This document shows, piece by piece, positions 39,542-53,941 of a stretch of 64,000 bases of DNA. The stretch's first letter is position 1. Each line of letters begins with the position of its first letter. Under the pieces are notes generated by a model. The model worked only from the letters and a program-made list of their open reading frames with translations. It made no database searches and had not been told where the DNA came from. Both the position numbers and the translations under genes were made by a program. Source of the stretch: Octopus vulgaris (Eukaryota); NCBI GenBank assembly GCA_951406725.2, contig OX597818.1, positions 21,886,001 to 21,950,000 of the forward strand. The letters run 5' to 3'.

Positions 39542-40774
39542 TTATCATCGTCATCATCATTTTTATTGATAGATTTTGCATTGTACAGTTAATTGAATCA
39601 ACCCTTCTGTGTTTCACTGGTTCTTATTTTGTCAGCATTGTATTTGGTGATAATGATGATAATAAATCAATGTAGTATTAAATGATAGTGTATGGTCTTT
39701 CTGGCTTGCAGATGTGCAAAAGCTGTACGCATTGCAGTCATACTGATTGTGTTCAGACATTTCTTCTGCTATCCATGCATCAATATTCAGAATGTCTATC
39801 TAATCTGTGCATCACTGTTCCCAAAGTCTATTTGATTCATCCATAAAGACCAAAAAGCGCCAGCCTTACCAGAATTATTGAATGTAACCAATCTATTTGA
39901 TGTTGGTTGGAAAATTTCTCTCAATTATTTAAGCCACATAATCAATATTTCTGTTGTTTTCACTGATTATATTACGTATAGATTGGAATTTGCAATGGTT
40001 TCACAGTGGTAGATTGGTAGGATGGTATCATTTCTATGTTGCCATTTTTTTCTGTGTATTCATTTTCATCTTCATTGCTTTCTCCTAGAATATTAACCTG
40101 TTTGAAATTTTGACATCGGCTGTCAATATTTCTTATTAGGAAAAGTTTATATACCTATAGTTAAATTTATATAATCAAAGGCATTTCAACTGTAACCAAT
40201 CCCATTTTTTGCTTGCATATTCAAGACTACAAACAATATTTAATGAGTCCTTCCTTTTATACAATAGTAAGCTATAATTTCAAGGAGATTTGACTGATAT
40301 TTTTTAAATGGTTGATGAACTACATAGAGAGGTTATCTGTTTCCATGCTGGTATGGATTGAAAATACAAAATTCTTAGCCAGTGAACATCAGTATTATCA
40401 CTTTGATGTCTAAGCCTTTAGATATTATCATAATTATTTATGACAAAATTATTTTTCTATATTTCTACATGAAACATCATATATGATGTATGATAAATAT
40501 GGGTTTTTTTTGCATCAATATGTCAAGATTCCTTGGAGTTTGGGAAAAGAGAAGTTAAGGTATTCTAATTTTTCACTTAGTCAGAGGATGTGTTGCATAA
40601 TGTTGTTCTTCTCCAGTTAGAATATATGGCTCCTTCATATGATATAAAAACTCTAAGAATATCTTAACAGATTATAACAAAAATAATTATGTGCCAATAC
40701 AGTCTTATGTAATGTAATTTGTTTTTAAAGAATGCCAAAGGAAAAAGTATTATGTTTATATACATATATATATA

Positions 40775-40937
40775 GGCGCAGGAGTGGCTGTGTGGTAAGT
40801 AGCTTGCTAACCAACCACATGGTTGCGGGTTCAGTACCACTGCGTGGCATCTTGGGCAAGTGTCTTCTGCTATAGCCTCGGGCCGACCAATGCCTTGTGA
40901 GTGGATTTGGTAGACGGAAACTGAAAGAAAGCCTGTC

Positions 40938-40995
<58 letters not shown>

Positions 40996-41217
40996 TTGTG
41001 TGTCTGTGTTTGTACCCTAGCATTGCTTGACAACCGATGCTGGTGTGTTTACGTCCTCGTCACTTAGCAGTTCGGCAAAAGAGACTGATAGAATAAGTAC
41101 TGGGCTTACAAAGAATAAGTCCCGGGGTCGATTTGCTCGACTAAAGGCGGTGCTCCAGCGTGGCTGCAGTCAAATGACTGAAACAACTAAAAGAGAGTAA
41201 AAGAAAAAGAGAGAATA
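40775..41217 (+). mobile_element. SINE family B, young full-length copy with internal (TA)n(TG)n and TSD
   Basis: Head GGCGCAGGAGTGGCTGTGTGGTAAG, B-box-like GGGTTCAGTACC, CORE-like CTTGGGCAAGTGTCTT, A/G-rich tail. TSD TATTATGTTTATATA at 40748 and 41218. Other copies at ~45080-45265 (+), 52140-52260 (-), 36165-36410, 18835-18990 and 22565-22695. Confidence 0.93.
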
Positions 41218-41223
41218 TATTAT

Positions 41224-41275
<52 letters not shown>

Positions 41276-42805
41276 GGTAATATTTTAATTAGTAAACAAT
41301 CTCCTCAAACACATGACCTAATACTTTTGGTGCCTCTTAGAGATAGTTAAAAGAGGGGAAATATACTTTATATTTCAATTTTTTAATTTTTTCTAATATT
41401 TTAATTTGTAAACAATACAGTCATTGTCATCATCATCATCATCATCATTGGTTAAATGAGTGGTTGATTGAGCAGGCTCTATAATCAAAGAGATACTAGC
41501 CTGAGCATTCCATAGTTTTGTATGTTAATTGAAGCATATTACTTCTGGTCTACCTTTAAAGAAGGAAGGTAACCAAGTCATTTTGGAGAGTGTAAAACCA
41601 GAGGGCAGTTGTTCATCTCCTATCACCAGCACTGTTTGTAGTCAAGACACTTAACTATTAACAGTTGACTTCACCTAATTTTAAACTAGCACAAAAGATA
41701 GTGTAGAAAATATAGTTAATTACTGCAGGCAGCAATAGCAACAACAATACTGTAGAATTCATGAGTGATTTGTTCCCTTGCAATCCTGAATTTAGAAAGA
41801 TACCTAGACTAAACTCTTATCCAGGAGGAGACTTATCTTTCATCTTCTTAATGCTGAAGAAAATATATATTCTTATAAGCTCCAACTTGTTGATTATTTT
41901 TGTGTACTTTGAAAAAGATTAACATGGGATTTCTGGAATTCTAAAGTCTTATTATGTCCTTTCATCAATTCCTCTGGGGTTGATGAAATAAAAACACTGA
42001 TTTATTGATTTCATTAACTATATCACCCTCATCCTAACAAAATTGCTCAAAGAAATAAGTAACTGTATCAGTAATAGATTTATCAATAAGTATTAATAAT
42101 TGGTTGATTCTATTTCCAATACTATTCTCACCCCTCAAACACAGCCTTAGCTTTAATTAAAAAAATCAATAAAGTGCAACACTGGTTGAGAGTCTGATAA
42201 CTCTTTTGTGACTATATCTAAATTATCATCCCAACCAATTGTTCACTAAGAATTCCTATATCTCTCCATCATGTGATTGATCTTTGGTTGTACAAGTAAA
42301 GGATATACTTCACTGAGGAGTTCTAATAAGACTGACATGTGAACATATCTAGCTATGTTACTGTACATCCAAAATTAGATTAACTTCCCAAAGTATACAT
42401 CCATACCATTCTGTTTCTAAATAATTTTAACTAAAATTTTGTGTTGTCTCCTTTTTTCATGACCAGGATTAATAATTAAGCTGATGATCCTTTGTTTCTT
42501 ACCATGGCTGTAATTTTTTTCCATTTAAAATTTCTTACTTAACCATTATATTTCCAATACATAGATTACCAAAGTGTTTCAATTTTTTTTTAATTGTAAT
42601 CAAAGTTTGTGAAAATTTGTGTAACTTTATATATTCATTCATTATGGCTGTTGTTGACTAACATATTATTATTCATGTTATTATACAATTTTGATTGAGA
42701 TTTTAATTTAAGTATAAACACTTGATTGTAGGTTGTTTTGGCTGGGTTGGTATTAAAAATAGGTAAACCAACATTAGTAAGTTTCTTTTTTATCTTCAAT
42801 TTTAG

Positions 42806-42969
42806 CACAACTGGAGGAAGAGGGAAATCTTTGAATCTCCACGCAACAAAGAACGGCACAAATGATGACAATGAAATCTGTGATAATAGCGTCTTGTACA
42901 AGAAAGTACAAAGTGGAGGAGACATACCTATTTGGGGTTTGCAGAAACCAGCTCCGGAGAAACCAACGA
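42806..42969 (+). CDS. Candidate internal exon (164 nt) of an unidentified host gene
   Basis: Acceptor TTTCTTTTTTATCTTCAATTTTAG and donor A|GTAAGA. Purine-rich and CpG-containing, unlike the flanks. One fully open frame: TTGGRGKSLNLHATKNGTNDDNEICDNSVLYKKVQSGGDIPIWGLQKPAPEKPT. Confidence 0.55.
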
Positions 42970-44391
42970 GTAAGATTCCTTTAGAATTTCAACTTTATTT
43001 TTGTTTTTAAGGGGAGATGCTTATATTATTGTTTGTATTTATTTTGTGATGATAGTTTAATTAGTAAACAGTAATCTACTATTATTTTTGATAACCTATA
43101 GTTTTTTTATGTTAATGAATATTGATATATCCCATAATGCTATTGTAAGTTTTATGTGAACTGATCCAACAACCCTATTTGAATCTCTTCTAATTGGAAT
43201 CATTTCATATACATTGTTATATCAAAAGTTGTTAATGTTTTATTCCAAATGCCCTACTTATTTATTTCTGATTTGATTGATAAGCAATAATAAGCAGTCA
43301 GCTCCCAGTAAGATGAGTTTCAATTTCTGGTTTAAGCCATTCAGCATCATTTATGTCAGTAATAACCTTGACAAAGAGCTGCTGTTAGCCAACTGTAAGA
43401 GACAATCATTCATAAACTCTTAAATTTCAAATGGCCCTGAAGCATCTCATTGTGAACTGGTACCATATGGGCATGGTAGTACTATAATTCACAACTTGAG
43501 ATTAGCTTGAAGGGAGATGTGTTATACAAAGTTGACTTTCTCGATGCACTACTTGAAAAGTCTTCAAATTTTGCCCTAACAATATTTGGTATTCTTATAC
43601 TTGTCACTTCAGATTTTGCCCTAACAATATTTTGTTTTCATATACTTGTCACTCTCCTAACTCTTACTGTTCTCTAGTTAGTTCTACATTAGTTTGGTTA
43701 TTCCTAAGATCTCATATAGTTGAGGTAGCTAAAACAATAGAGCACCATATAAAATGCACCCCTTTTTTTGGGTGTTTTGTTTTAGTTTTTCCCAATTTGG
43801 AATTCAAAAATCGCCAGGTTTATTTTGTGTTGAACAAAATAACTATTAGTAATATTTTGGTATCCATGTAACCATTTTATTGACTATGTGCTTTTGTTAA
43901 TTAGCAAAAAGGAAAAAAATAATTGCACTTATGAATATATATTAATAATTCCCTCAAAAACGTTTTTCATTATTCATCTATCCAATCTCTTGTTGATAAA
44001 TATTTGAATGAATTACATCAGTGAATTAACAGATAAGGTGTCAAGGGAAAAGACTGCAATCACTCCGAGTTCAAATCCTGCTACATTCAACTTTGCCTTT
44101 CATCCCTTATGAGCCTATAACATAAGCACAAATACTATACAAAGGTCAATATGACTGCACCTTAGTCTAGAGAAATTAATAAGGAAAAATTAACTATTCA
44201 AAAATAATTCCAGATTTTAAATAATGTGCAGATTTTGCTTGGTACAGCAAATTACTTTATTAACACAAATAATTTTTCAGTATTACTTTCCAAGATGCTC
44301 TTTGTACAATCCAAATGTTTTTCAATATTACTCTTAAAATTTCGTTATTAGAATATCCTTCAATTTTCAGTAGTTTTTTTTTTTTTAATGT

Positions 44392-44571
44392 TCAACTCTT
44401 TAGTTTTCAGATTACTCTATCAAATGTAATGCCTATTTATCCACATGGTTTTCAATTAAGCCTTATCTCTTAGCTTTGAAATTTCAATAATGTGATTGTA
44501 TATTTTTAGAATGACATTGTAGGGTAGGTGTTAGAGGCCAGATCTGGCCGGTTTGAATACTAAAGAGTTAA
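44392..44571. mobile_element. piggyBac-type MITE, second copy
   Basis: Colinear with 28184-28411; ends ATACTAAAGAG-TTAA. Confidence 0.65.
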
Positions 44572-45808
44572 ACATTTACCTGTGTTGAGATGAAAATATA
44601 TTATATACTGTATTTGCAAGTTCTCAACTTTATTTGAAACAAAGAAATCTTTTTCTTTTTTTTTTTTCTTGTTCAAGTCACTTATTTTAAATAAAGAACA
44701 CAGACTACTAAATTAGCAAATATATATATATAAGTTGTACATCTTGATAGCAAATATTCCTTCTGATTTGTAATACAAAAATGTCATGCTATGCAAATTT
44801 TTACTAAGCCAGTGATGAAAACAATGCTGGCACTAAATTCTTAAGTGCCTATAAAGCCAAAAAGATATTTTAAACTACTTAAAACAAAAAATTTAAAAGC
44901 AAAAGGTGGTTGTGACTGTATCGTATGAAGTAGCTTTGTATACAGATACTTGGGTCCGAGGAATTTTCCACTAAATAAAGATTACAATTTTGGGAGCTAA
45001 TGCACTTAATCTTTGGTGATAAAAGATTTTTTCAATATAAAGTACATTTTGTTTAGTTTTATATTGTTGACTGTGGGAATAGGTGTAGATGTTGTGTGGT
45101 AAGAAGTTTGCTTTACAACCACTTGGTTTCAGGTTCAGTCTCTGCACTATGAGACATCTTGGACAAGTGTCTTCTAGTATAGCTACAGACTGACCAAAAC
45201 CTTGTAAGTGGATTTGGTTGATGAAACTGAAAGAAGCCTATTGTGTGTGTGTGTGTGTGTGTGTGGTGGGGCTGTTTTGCCTTGATATACCATATGAGTT
45301 GTAAACAAATATGTATGTATGCATGTGTGTGTATGCATATGTATGTATGTATGTATGTATGTGCATCTGTATGTTTGTATTCTGCATATTCATGTGCTTG
45401 CATGTCCATGTTTGTGTATTTTTTATGTATGTATGTGTGCGTGTGTTTGTATATATATATATATGCACCTCTGTCTCCTTGTGTGTGTGTGTGTGTGTTT
45501 TGCAACTGTGTACCATGTTTGTATGTATGGATGTGCATCTCCATATGTGTGGTCACATGTCTCCATATGTGTCCTTGTGTGAAGTAGTGTGTGTATATAT
45601 GGTCATGTGTTTCAGTCTCCATTTGTGTATGTGTTCTTGTCTGTTCATATTAACCTATGTACTTATCCGTCTGTATGTTGATCTGTTTATTTTCATATCC
45701 ATATGCTTACATACATGTGCATACACACACACACACCTATCTACATAACAGCCCATTAACTATTCTACTCTACCTGTGTAAACTGTGGGTATGGGGGTAT
45801 GATATCTA

Positions 45809-46676
45809 CTAAGCATATTTCCCATTTAGTATTGGAGAAGTTTCATTTATAAGGACATACTCCCGTATTTGTCTGAGTGTTGGGTCTTTTGGGTGCTTGG
45901 ATAAGATGTGGATGTCAAGTTGACCCAAATTGCCTCCATGGTGGTCTTTGGCAGTAGAGTATGGAGTACTGTTTTTTGTTGTCATATTGTCTCAGATGTT
46001 CATTTAGTCGTTCTGCAATGCTCTTAGATGTCTCCCCTATGTATGTCATGTTCATGTCTTTACAAGTGCCTTCTATGCATCTTATGCTGTAAACTACATT
46101 TCGAGTTCTACAGTTAATACTAAGGCTAATCCTACATAGCATGCAGTTATCATTGGTGCATATGGTATTTTCAAAGAGGTATGTCCTACATAGTTGCGAT
46201 CTGATGGAGGTCCCTGGCTTTTCAACAATCTTAATGTTGAGTTTGGTCTTCTTCAGTGCTTTTCTAAATCTACGAGCTAATTCCCCATGGGCTGTGGCCT
46301 CTACAAACATCACTCCTTGATATATGTCAGTTTTATACCACGTGTTCACCCTGTCTGCTTTGTCACAAATTCTTTGTATCCTATTCCATTCTTTGTTTCT
46401 ATATCTGGTATCATTACGTATAATGTTGTCTAATTTCTTTCTAGACCCTGTATACTTGAACCCTATCTTTCTGATCATATCCAGAGAACGGCATGTGGTG
46501 CATGAAGTTCTGTATATGTTTTTTCGTTTCATGAGATGGGCAATTCTTTCTTGTCTTGGGATTCACGGTCAAGCAGCTGGGTGGAATTGTGTGAAAAATG
46601 ACACAGATATGTAGAATGATCTGGTGGTGTTGCTGGGCTTTGTTTTTTTTCATAGCTCCCATGGTTACCGAGATAA
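45809..46676 (-). mobile_element. Penelope-like element fragment: RT thumb, Cys linker and GIY-YIG endonuclease (pseudogenised)
   Basis: FMHHMPFSGYDQKDR (RT C-terminus), CTNDNCMLC..NC linker, VVYSIRC..TYIGETSKSIAERLNEH (GIY-YIG). After a frameshift it reads LRQIREYVLINETSPILNGKYA*. The Cys-rich linker suggests a Neptune-type PLE. Confidence 0.9.
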
Positions 46677-47126
46677 TCTACTATAATAATACTCTTGTGT
46701 TTATGAATGAGAAAGGAAGGGGTGATAGATGAATAAGGAAGGAAGGGGTGATGTCATACTTGGAAGTGGGATGATGAAAATTGTATGCTGAAGAAAATAA
46801 ATCAAACAGCCTTTCAGCTCTGAGTGAATATGTGTGTGTATGTAAAAGGTGGTTCTGTGAATGTGTGTGTGTGCGCACGCAATGGAAGCAGGATGGTTCA
46901 TCTTTGTTCGCTTAGTATTTGGATTTATTTTTTGATTTGGTTGAATCTTGGTTGGTTTTTTTTCTTTTTTGTTGGTCAGTTAATTTTAGTGTTTTGATGG
47001 AAAAAAAGTCATTCTAAAATTGTTTTTTTAACATAATTGTGCCCAAAGAAGTCGAATGCTTACACAGAGCAGGTTTTACAGGCACATCATCCAAACCAAC
47101 CGGGTGAAACCGGGCTTAGCTGCTAG
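46677..47126 (+). mobile_element. Non-autonomous Helitron (450 bp)
   Basis: 5' A|TCTACTATAATAATA; 3' hairpin CCGG-GTGAAA-CCGG (47100-47113) lies 9 nt upstream of CTAG (47123-47126). Confidence 0.75.
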
Positions 47127-48046
47127 CATATATATATATATGCATATTATTTTGATTGTTTTTAAGTTCCCTTCCTTTTTCTGAAACCTTAATGCTAACT
47201 TATTAGCCTAGATATGTCTGTCTTACTCTTATGCGAACAATAAAATGCTGTAATAATTACCTGATTCCCTGCACCGTGATTATCTGATATATTTCCCTCT
47301 TCCGTCTGTAATTAATACTAATGTTAGAACATCTTCACTATTAAACCCCATCATTTGTTAATACTTACAATATGTGAGTATGTGTGGATCAGAAGCAATT
47401 TAATCAATGAGCAGGTGATCCTAAATTAATGTCTATCAACATCATCATCATTATCATCATCGTTTAACGTCTGTTTTGTCCCAAACATACACTTTAATAT
47501 CCCTTTGCACATATAAAGAAACACGTGTTCACAAACATGTACTGATGCATCTATATAGTAATATATTTCTGAATATATAAACACACATATATATATATAT
47601 GCAAACACACATATACACATGCATACACATATAACTGAATACATACATGCATGCACACACATACACTCACACGTGCATGTTCATGCACATGCACACCCAT
47701 ATGAATAGCTACATCTATTTATGTACACGTACACACATATTCTTGGTTGAAGTATTATATGACAAACAGGATATTTTTGCTGCCCTTATAACTGCTTCAC
47801 ATACACATAAGCAATCACACACACACACACACACACACACATGCATGCACACACACACACAATCAATCAACTTCTTTGTGTAATTGATCTGGTTGTACAA
47901 TTACATTGTATTCTCATCAATGTTGCTACTGTTCGTTATTAAATACTACCATCCAATGATATTTTAACCTGTTAGTTGAATATATATAACTTGTATCTTG
48001 ATCATACATGCGTGAACACTTAGATTACTCTGTGTACGTGTGTCGT

Positions 48047-48081
<35 letters not shown>

Positions 48082-48937
48082 CTAGATTGAATTCTCTTTG
48101 TGTATTGTTTATTTGCTACACTGTTATTTATATTTGCTCTCAACCTACAAGTCATGATCTCTGAAGGTTTGTAAATAAGATATGTATAAAGAGATAAAAA
48201 AAAAAGGTTAATAGAAATTAGGATACGAGGCAATATCATTCAATTGTCACTTGATACTTGCACAAAAGACGAAAGTAAAAAAAAAATAAGAGTTATGTCC
48301 CTTCGTGATCTGAGACAAATCATGGTCACTGATGCCTGGCTTACTCTTTTCTATGATAATGAAACAAATATCAGTCATGTACTTGAACGGTCCGAGTACA
48401 GGTTCCGTCAGGCTCACCTTTGCTTTTCGATTCCTCCATGGTTGATAAAATAAGTAACAGTCATATACTGTGAGTTAACCCAATCAACTGTAACCATTGC
48501 CAATAAATTACTTGTAACTCAAAAAACCAAAGGCTTTTATAAACATGATTAATAAGTAAAAATTTTGTAAACTTTGTAAGTAAACATCTGTCTTTCTTTT
48601 CCATTCCCTCACCGAAGTTTCTGTTGTAGCAGAAAGTAATATTTTGAACAAACTGTTTTATAGATGTTTTATATTTTGTCTTTTTTTTTTTCTTTCAAAT
48701 ATTAGTCTTAGTTTATGGATGGGATGATGACTTGTTGAATATTGTTAGAGTAGAGGAGGCAAAAATAACCAAATGAATGAAGTACTGAACTGCATGCTCA
48801 TAGGTGATGGTTTTGAATCTACTGTAAGCATTTTGTTCTGAGTAGACCAGTAATGAAAGATGTTACATTATCTTTCCATCTCTATTTTATTTTTTTCCTC
48901 CAACTTATTATTTAGTATTATGTCCAGAACTATATTC

Positions 48938-49335
48938 AGACCTATCGAAGTCCTAAGCACTTAAAAATATTTTGGTGCCCCCATTAAAGACTATGTAATC
49001 CAAAATATAAACAATAACAAGCCATAAAAGAAATTTTTATTTTTCAAAACAAAACAAAACAGTAAGTGGGGAAAATAATGTTTATTTTTGTATACTTCCA
49101 CTTTATTTACATTTGAAAAGTTTCCTCCTACTTTTTTGAATTGCAAAGTCTTTAATCAAAATTAAACACATCTTCATCTATACTTAGTAGAGATAAAGGC
49201 ATCCTGAAAATTATTTTAGCAAGTTTAAAGTGATTTCTTTTGTGCTGTAAACTATTTACCATTTCTGTGGTTCTCCCTCCTTCCCTTGTTGCCCTAAACA
49301 CATGCTTATTTTACTTAATGGTTAATCTAGCACTG
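48938..49335. mobile_element. Possible hAT-type non-autonomous element
   Basis: The right end read on the minus strand is CAGTGCTAGATTAACCATTAAGTAAAATAAGCATGTGTTTAGGGC, resembling hAT termini. The left end CAGACC..CCTAAGCAC..GGTGCCCC is eroded. Confidence 0.4.
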
Positions 49336-51474
49336 ATTAAATCATATAATGTCTCCTTTCCTTAGAGTGAGATTTTAAAAAGATTTAGCTACCATTTATA
49401 GTGGGCCAAATCACCACATAAGGACAAACCAATGAGGAAACTTCTTAAAGGTTATTTAGCCTGCTAGAAATAGCTACCAAAATTTTCTCATGTCACACTT
49501 TATATCTAAAATGGAAAGAAGTAAAACGCTGGTTAACCACTATGTCCTGCCCATCACACACATGCCCTACCATAAAAGAAAGATAAGCTGATCATATGTA
49601 GAAAGTCGGTAATAAGTCTTGCAGAATCAACGAAGGCCTTGGGTTAAACAACCACAGAGATACTCCTTTCTCCTCCTCCCTACTTTGGCTGGAGGATTTA
49701 GGTTATGTTTAAGTGCACATTTGAGGATGAGGAAACAAAAGAGGTGGGGAAAAGATGGCGTGGGGGGGAAATATTGTGTGGGTGGATTGGTGAAAAGGGT
49801 GAGGAGGAGTAGAACTTGGTACAGATTGGTCTCTAAGACTGGGACTAACAGAAAAGTAAATGTGTTTCTCATCTTCTGGTTACTTGAAATAATAAAGGAT
49901 TGATAATGTGGTGGTTGTGGTTAGTATGATGTGTGTCCTCCTTTTTTTTTTCTCTCTTCTCCACCTTCTATTGTGATAAGAAGTTTACATACAGGCAACA
50001 TTGCAAGGTCAGTGGGTGGGGATCTCAGCTGTTTAGATTGTAAGAAAGAACATTGTTGCTAATGATGCTAGATTTGTTGAAATAAAAAAAGCTATTGGTT
50101 ACTCATATATATCTACACACATACATTATGTGTATATATATATTTATATATATTCACAGATATTAACACATATATTTACTTGTATACATATATAAATGGA
50201 TGCAGGCACTAGTGTGCATAAATATGTGTATGCATGAGTATATTTACACAAGCACATATGATACACATACATTTACACATATGCATGTATATGCATATAT
50301 AGTTGCTCAGTTGCAAACTACATTGAGAGGAAAATGCTTACTTAAATTTGAGTTTAGGTTAAAGTGAATCTTGTTGAAAGTGAAAATAGTATTGTTGTTG
50401 TTTCAGCTGGAATAGGTAAATCAAGTGGATTCATGATATTTAAGGTTGTAATTGAATCAAGTGGGTATAAATAATTCTGAACAGTTAACAACTACTATCT
50501 ATTGCATTTTGTCAGTGATTCAGGCCAGATGTAACCTAACTAACTTAAAACTCTTGTAGATACTGTTTGTTGTAAAAGATGAAAGTTTATACTTAGAAAC
50601 ATTCAGCTTTGTATGTACTGCCATGTGTCTCCTATCAACGAACTAGTTAGTGCAGACTTAGAATCTCTCTCATCATTAATCAAGTAAATAGCATATTGTT
50701 TTGTTTCACTCAAGGATTATGGACAAGAGAAGCATGTAGAATTTTAATATTAGAATGTGTTTGAAGAAGAACAGTTCTTAGCTGTTATGTTTTGAAGTTT
50801 CCATGAATATGTTGGACAATGGGTGTGTGTGAAATTCTTACTCAGATACATCTGTGACCTGGCTTGGTTTTCTTTCTCAATAGAACAATTCCACTTCAAA
50901 GACCTGCAACTTCTTTTCAGAGGAAAATATCAAATAAATTATCTAGTTAATAAACTAATTGGTCATTTACTAAACTCTACTGATAATTAAATATTAGAAT
51001 CGAAGGAGCCTTGGAATGGTCTCTATCATCAAAAATCACTTCCTTCAAGAGTAAAAAAGATGAGATGGAAATTCTAATGTTTCAAATGAGAATAAGGTTT
51101 TCAATTCTCTTTTGGGTAGAAAAAAGATTTTTATAGAAAAAGTAGCCTTAAAATAGTGTTGTTACAAAGAGAATAGGTAAATATAGTGATTTACTTGACC
51201 TCTCTGTGGTTTGCCATGGTTAAGAAGACTGGTTTAAACCTGCCTCACTCCATCTTTTTGGGCTTGATAAATTACTAGTCCTGTGCTCAAATCAGTTCTC
51301 TTTCCTCTACTTTACTTTCTGTCTGTTTGTCTGCTTCTCTTTCTGGATCAAATCAGCTGTTGGTAGACTTGGGGGATTCCATCTCCTGTGACTCCATTCA
51401 AAGAGATGAAGTTGCTTGGCAAGACTAGGTGACAGCAATATTTCTCTCTGTGACAGCAATATTTCTAACTATTT

Positions 51475-51520
<46 letters not shown>

Positions 51521-52044
51521 CAATAATAAATCTCTGAGACAGTGCTTAACAGACTGGATTGTGAGACTGTGGAGGAGATAGTTTATGGTGTCTGGGAGTG
51601 TTCCAGCTTATATGGCTGGTGCAACATCACTATAAATTACTAAACTGATAACACATCAAAGGATTATATTGAAACTGATATTGTATAGAACTGTTTTGAA
51701 GCAGGAAGAAAGATAAAATAAATGATCACTTGCTATTTATTTAGTGTAGTGTTATATATGTATGTGTGTGTGTGTGTGTTTTAAGTATTTAAAATTTTTA
51801 GTTTGTTTTAGTGATCATGCCGATGGCCATGCTGGAGCACTGTCTTCATGTGCTTTACAGGTTTCAGTCATTGAGCTGTTTTTTTGTTAATCATACTAAC
51901 CCTAATACTTAATTCAGTTTGGTATTTATTTTATCATTATCTATTTTTCAAATCATTAAGAGGATGTGAGAAATAACACTGATTTCATTTTGATTGATGT
52001 AAAATGTAAACCCATAAAAGACGGACAGACACACACATACATAC

Positions 52045-52110
<66 letters not shown>

Positions 52111-53941
52111 GCAGTTACCATCATGTACCAAATTACATTCGTAAAGTATTTGCTTAACCTGACATTGTAGTAAAAAGCAGTTGCTCAGTGTGCCATGCCG
52201 TGGTATTGAACCTGAAACAACATGGTTAAGAAGTGAAATTCTCAACTGCACAGCCATGCTTGCAACTATGTTTATATTATGTTCTTTTATTTTCCTTTTG
52301 TGTGTGTGCTTGTGTGTGTGTTTATACATACACACATACATATTTTGGTAGTAATAGTAGTAGTATTAGTATGCTAGTGTGGCACTCTAATACACACACA
52401 CACACTGTGTGTGTGTGTATGTGTATATATATATATATATATATTGAGAGAGAGAGAGACCCTTCTAGCATAGTAGATAGAGTATAAAAGTGCTGTATTT
52501 AATGAACAGGTTGTAATGATGGTGGTTATGGTGATGAAGATATAATGGTAATGAAGATGAATTAGCTGAATATGAATTGGTGATGGTAGTGCAACTGCTA
52601 TAGTTGTGGCTGCTGCCATAGGGCACACAAAGTGAGATGAGGAGATCCCTTTTGTCTACAATAGTACTTTCATTATTAAAAACAATTAGCATTTGTGATG
52701 AGAGAGGTGTCAACCATATCAAAGCTCTTGGTCAGTCCACTGTGGGTAGGGTGGGGCTGGGGGCTGGATGGTAAGTGGGGGAAGGCATTAGTCTCAAACA
52801 AAAGCCATATATTTATCTAGGGAATTGGAGAATGAAATAAAATCATACCATCCCCACTACTAGCCCCCTTATTTCCACACTGTGGAATGTTCTCTTTATT
52901 AAAGAGATTGGTATTACAATAGATTTTGGGTACTTGTCAAAAAAAAATATAGAAAAGGACAATCCCCTTTACCTAGTCATATATGACACTGGAAGTAGTA
53001 AGTATCATAAATCATTAAACAGAGATGACTTACTCCCTCCCTGCCTGCCTAAGTCTGGCTGTGATATGAGAAGATATATATTAACCTGGTCTGTATTAGA
53101 GAGTATGGGACAGTTCTGCTTCAGATTTCTCCTCTTAATTATAGCATAGGTGAAAGAATATTTAGTATCTAGGACTTCCAAAAACCCAAACAAAATCATG
53201 ATATAAGTTTTTTTTTAAAATTAGTGTAAAAAAAAAAAAACCTATTTCTTGGTGACCTATATTGTTTCCACTCTGACAAGTTCATCAAGATAACTCCAGA
53301 CACAAGGGTTATCTTCAGTGAAGGTACATTCTCTTTCTAACTTACCAAATATTAGTGATTGAATCATTATGTCAACATACACAGAGAGAGGCATGTTTGT
53401 TGATTTGATATTGGTTTGTTTTTTACTCTTTTCTGTTTGTTTATACTTATTTTTATTTTATTACTTCTTATACTGAATTTACTAACTTTGTAAAATAAGG
53501 TATATATAAAAAATAAGATCCAATATTTTAGGCTTGATATAGACCCTTAGAAAATTTTTGCCAACAGAGAGACCATCATAATTTTTTCAAGATTCTAGTT
53601 CTTTCCTTATAAGTACAACATTGCTGGTTTTGTTTTTTGCTTTTGTTTTTCTGTGCATTTATTTAATTTTGTTTTCATACCATACTTGGACACTGGGGAG
53701 ACTTGGTAAAATATTTGTAAAGTGAACCTTTGATACAATCCAGTATCATCTTCCAATTACGGAGGGAGATAAGAATTTAGGGTTCCATGCTTTTCCAATT
53801 AATATATATGATTATACTAATTATATAGGTAAAGTCTGAAGAAAAGTAATATATTTATTTCTTAAAATGTGGTTTTACTTCAGCTGTTTGCATTATTAAT
53901 ACTCTCTTGTCATTAACTTTACATGCATTTCCCCTTTTCAG

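Noticed and set aside
45113-45748. Overlapping 87-169 aa His/Thr- or Cys/Val-rich ORFs
   Set aside because: Degenerate (GT)/(GTAT) microsatellite plus a SINE B head.
53270-53325. Hairpin AAGATAAC/GTTATCTT with CTGAAGA on the minus strand
   Set aside because: The hammerhead core is incomplete on both strands.
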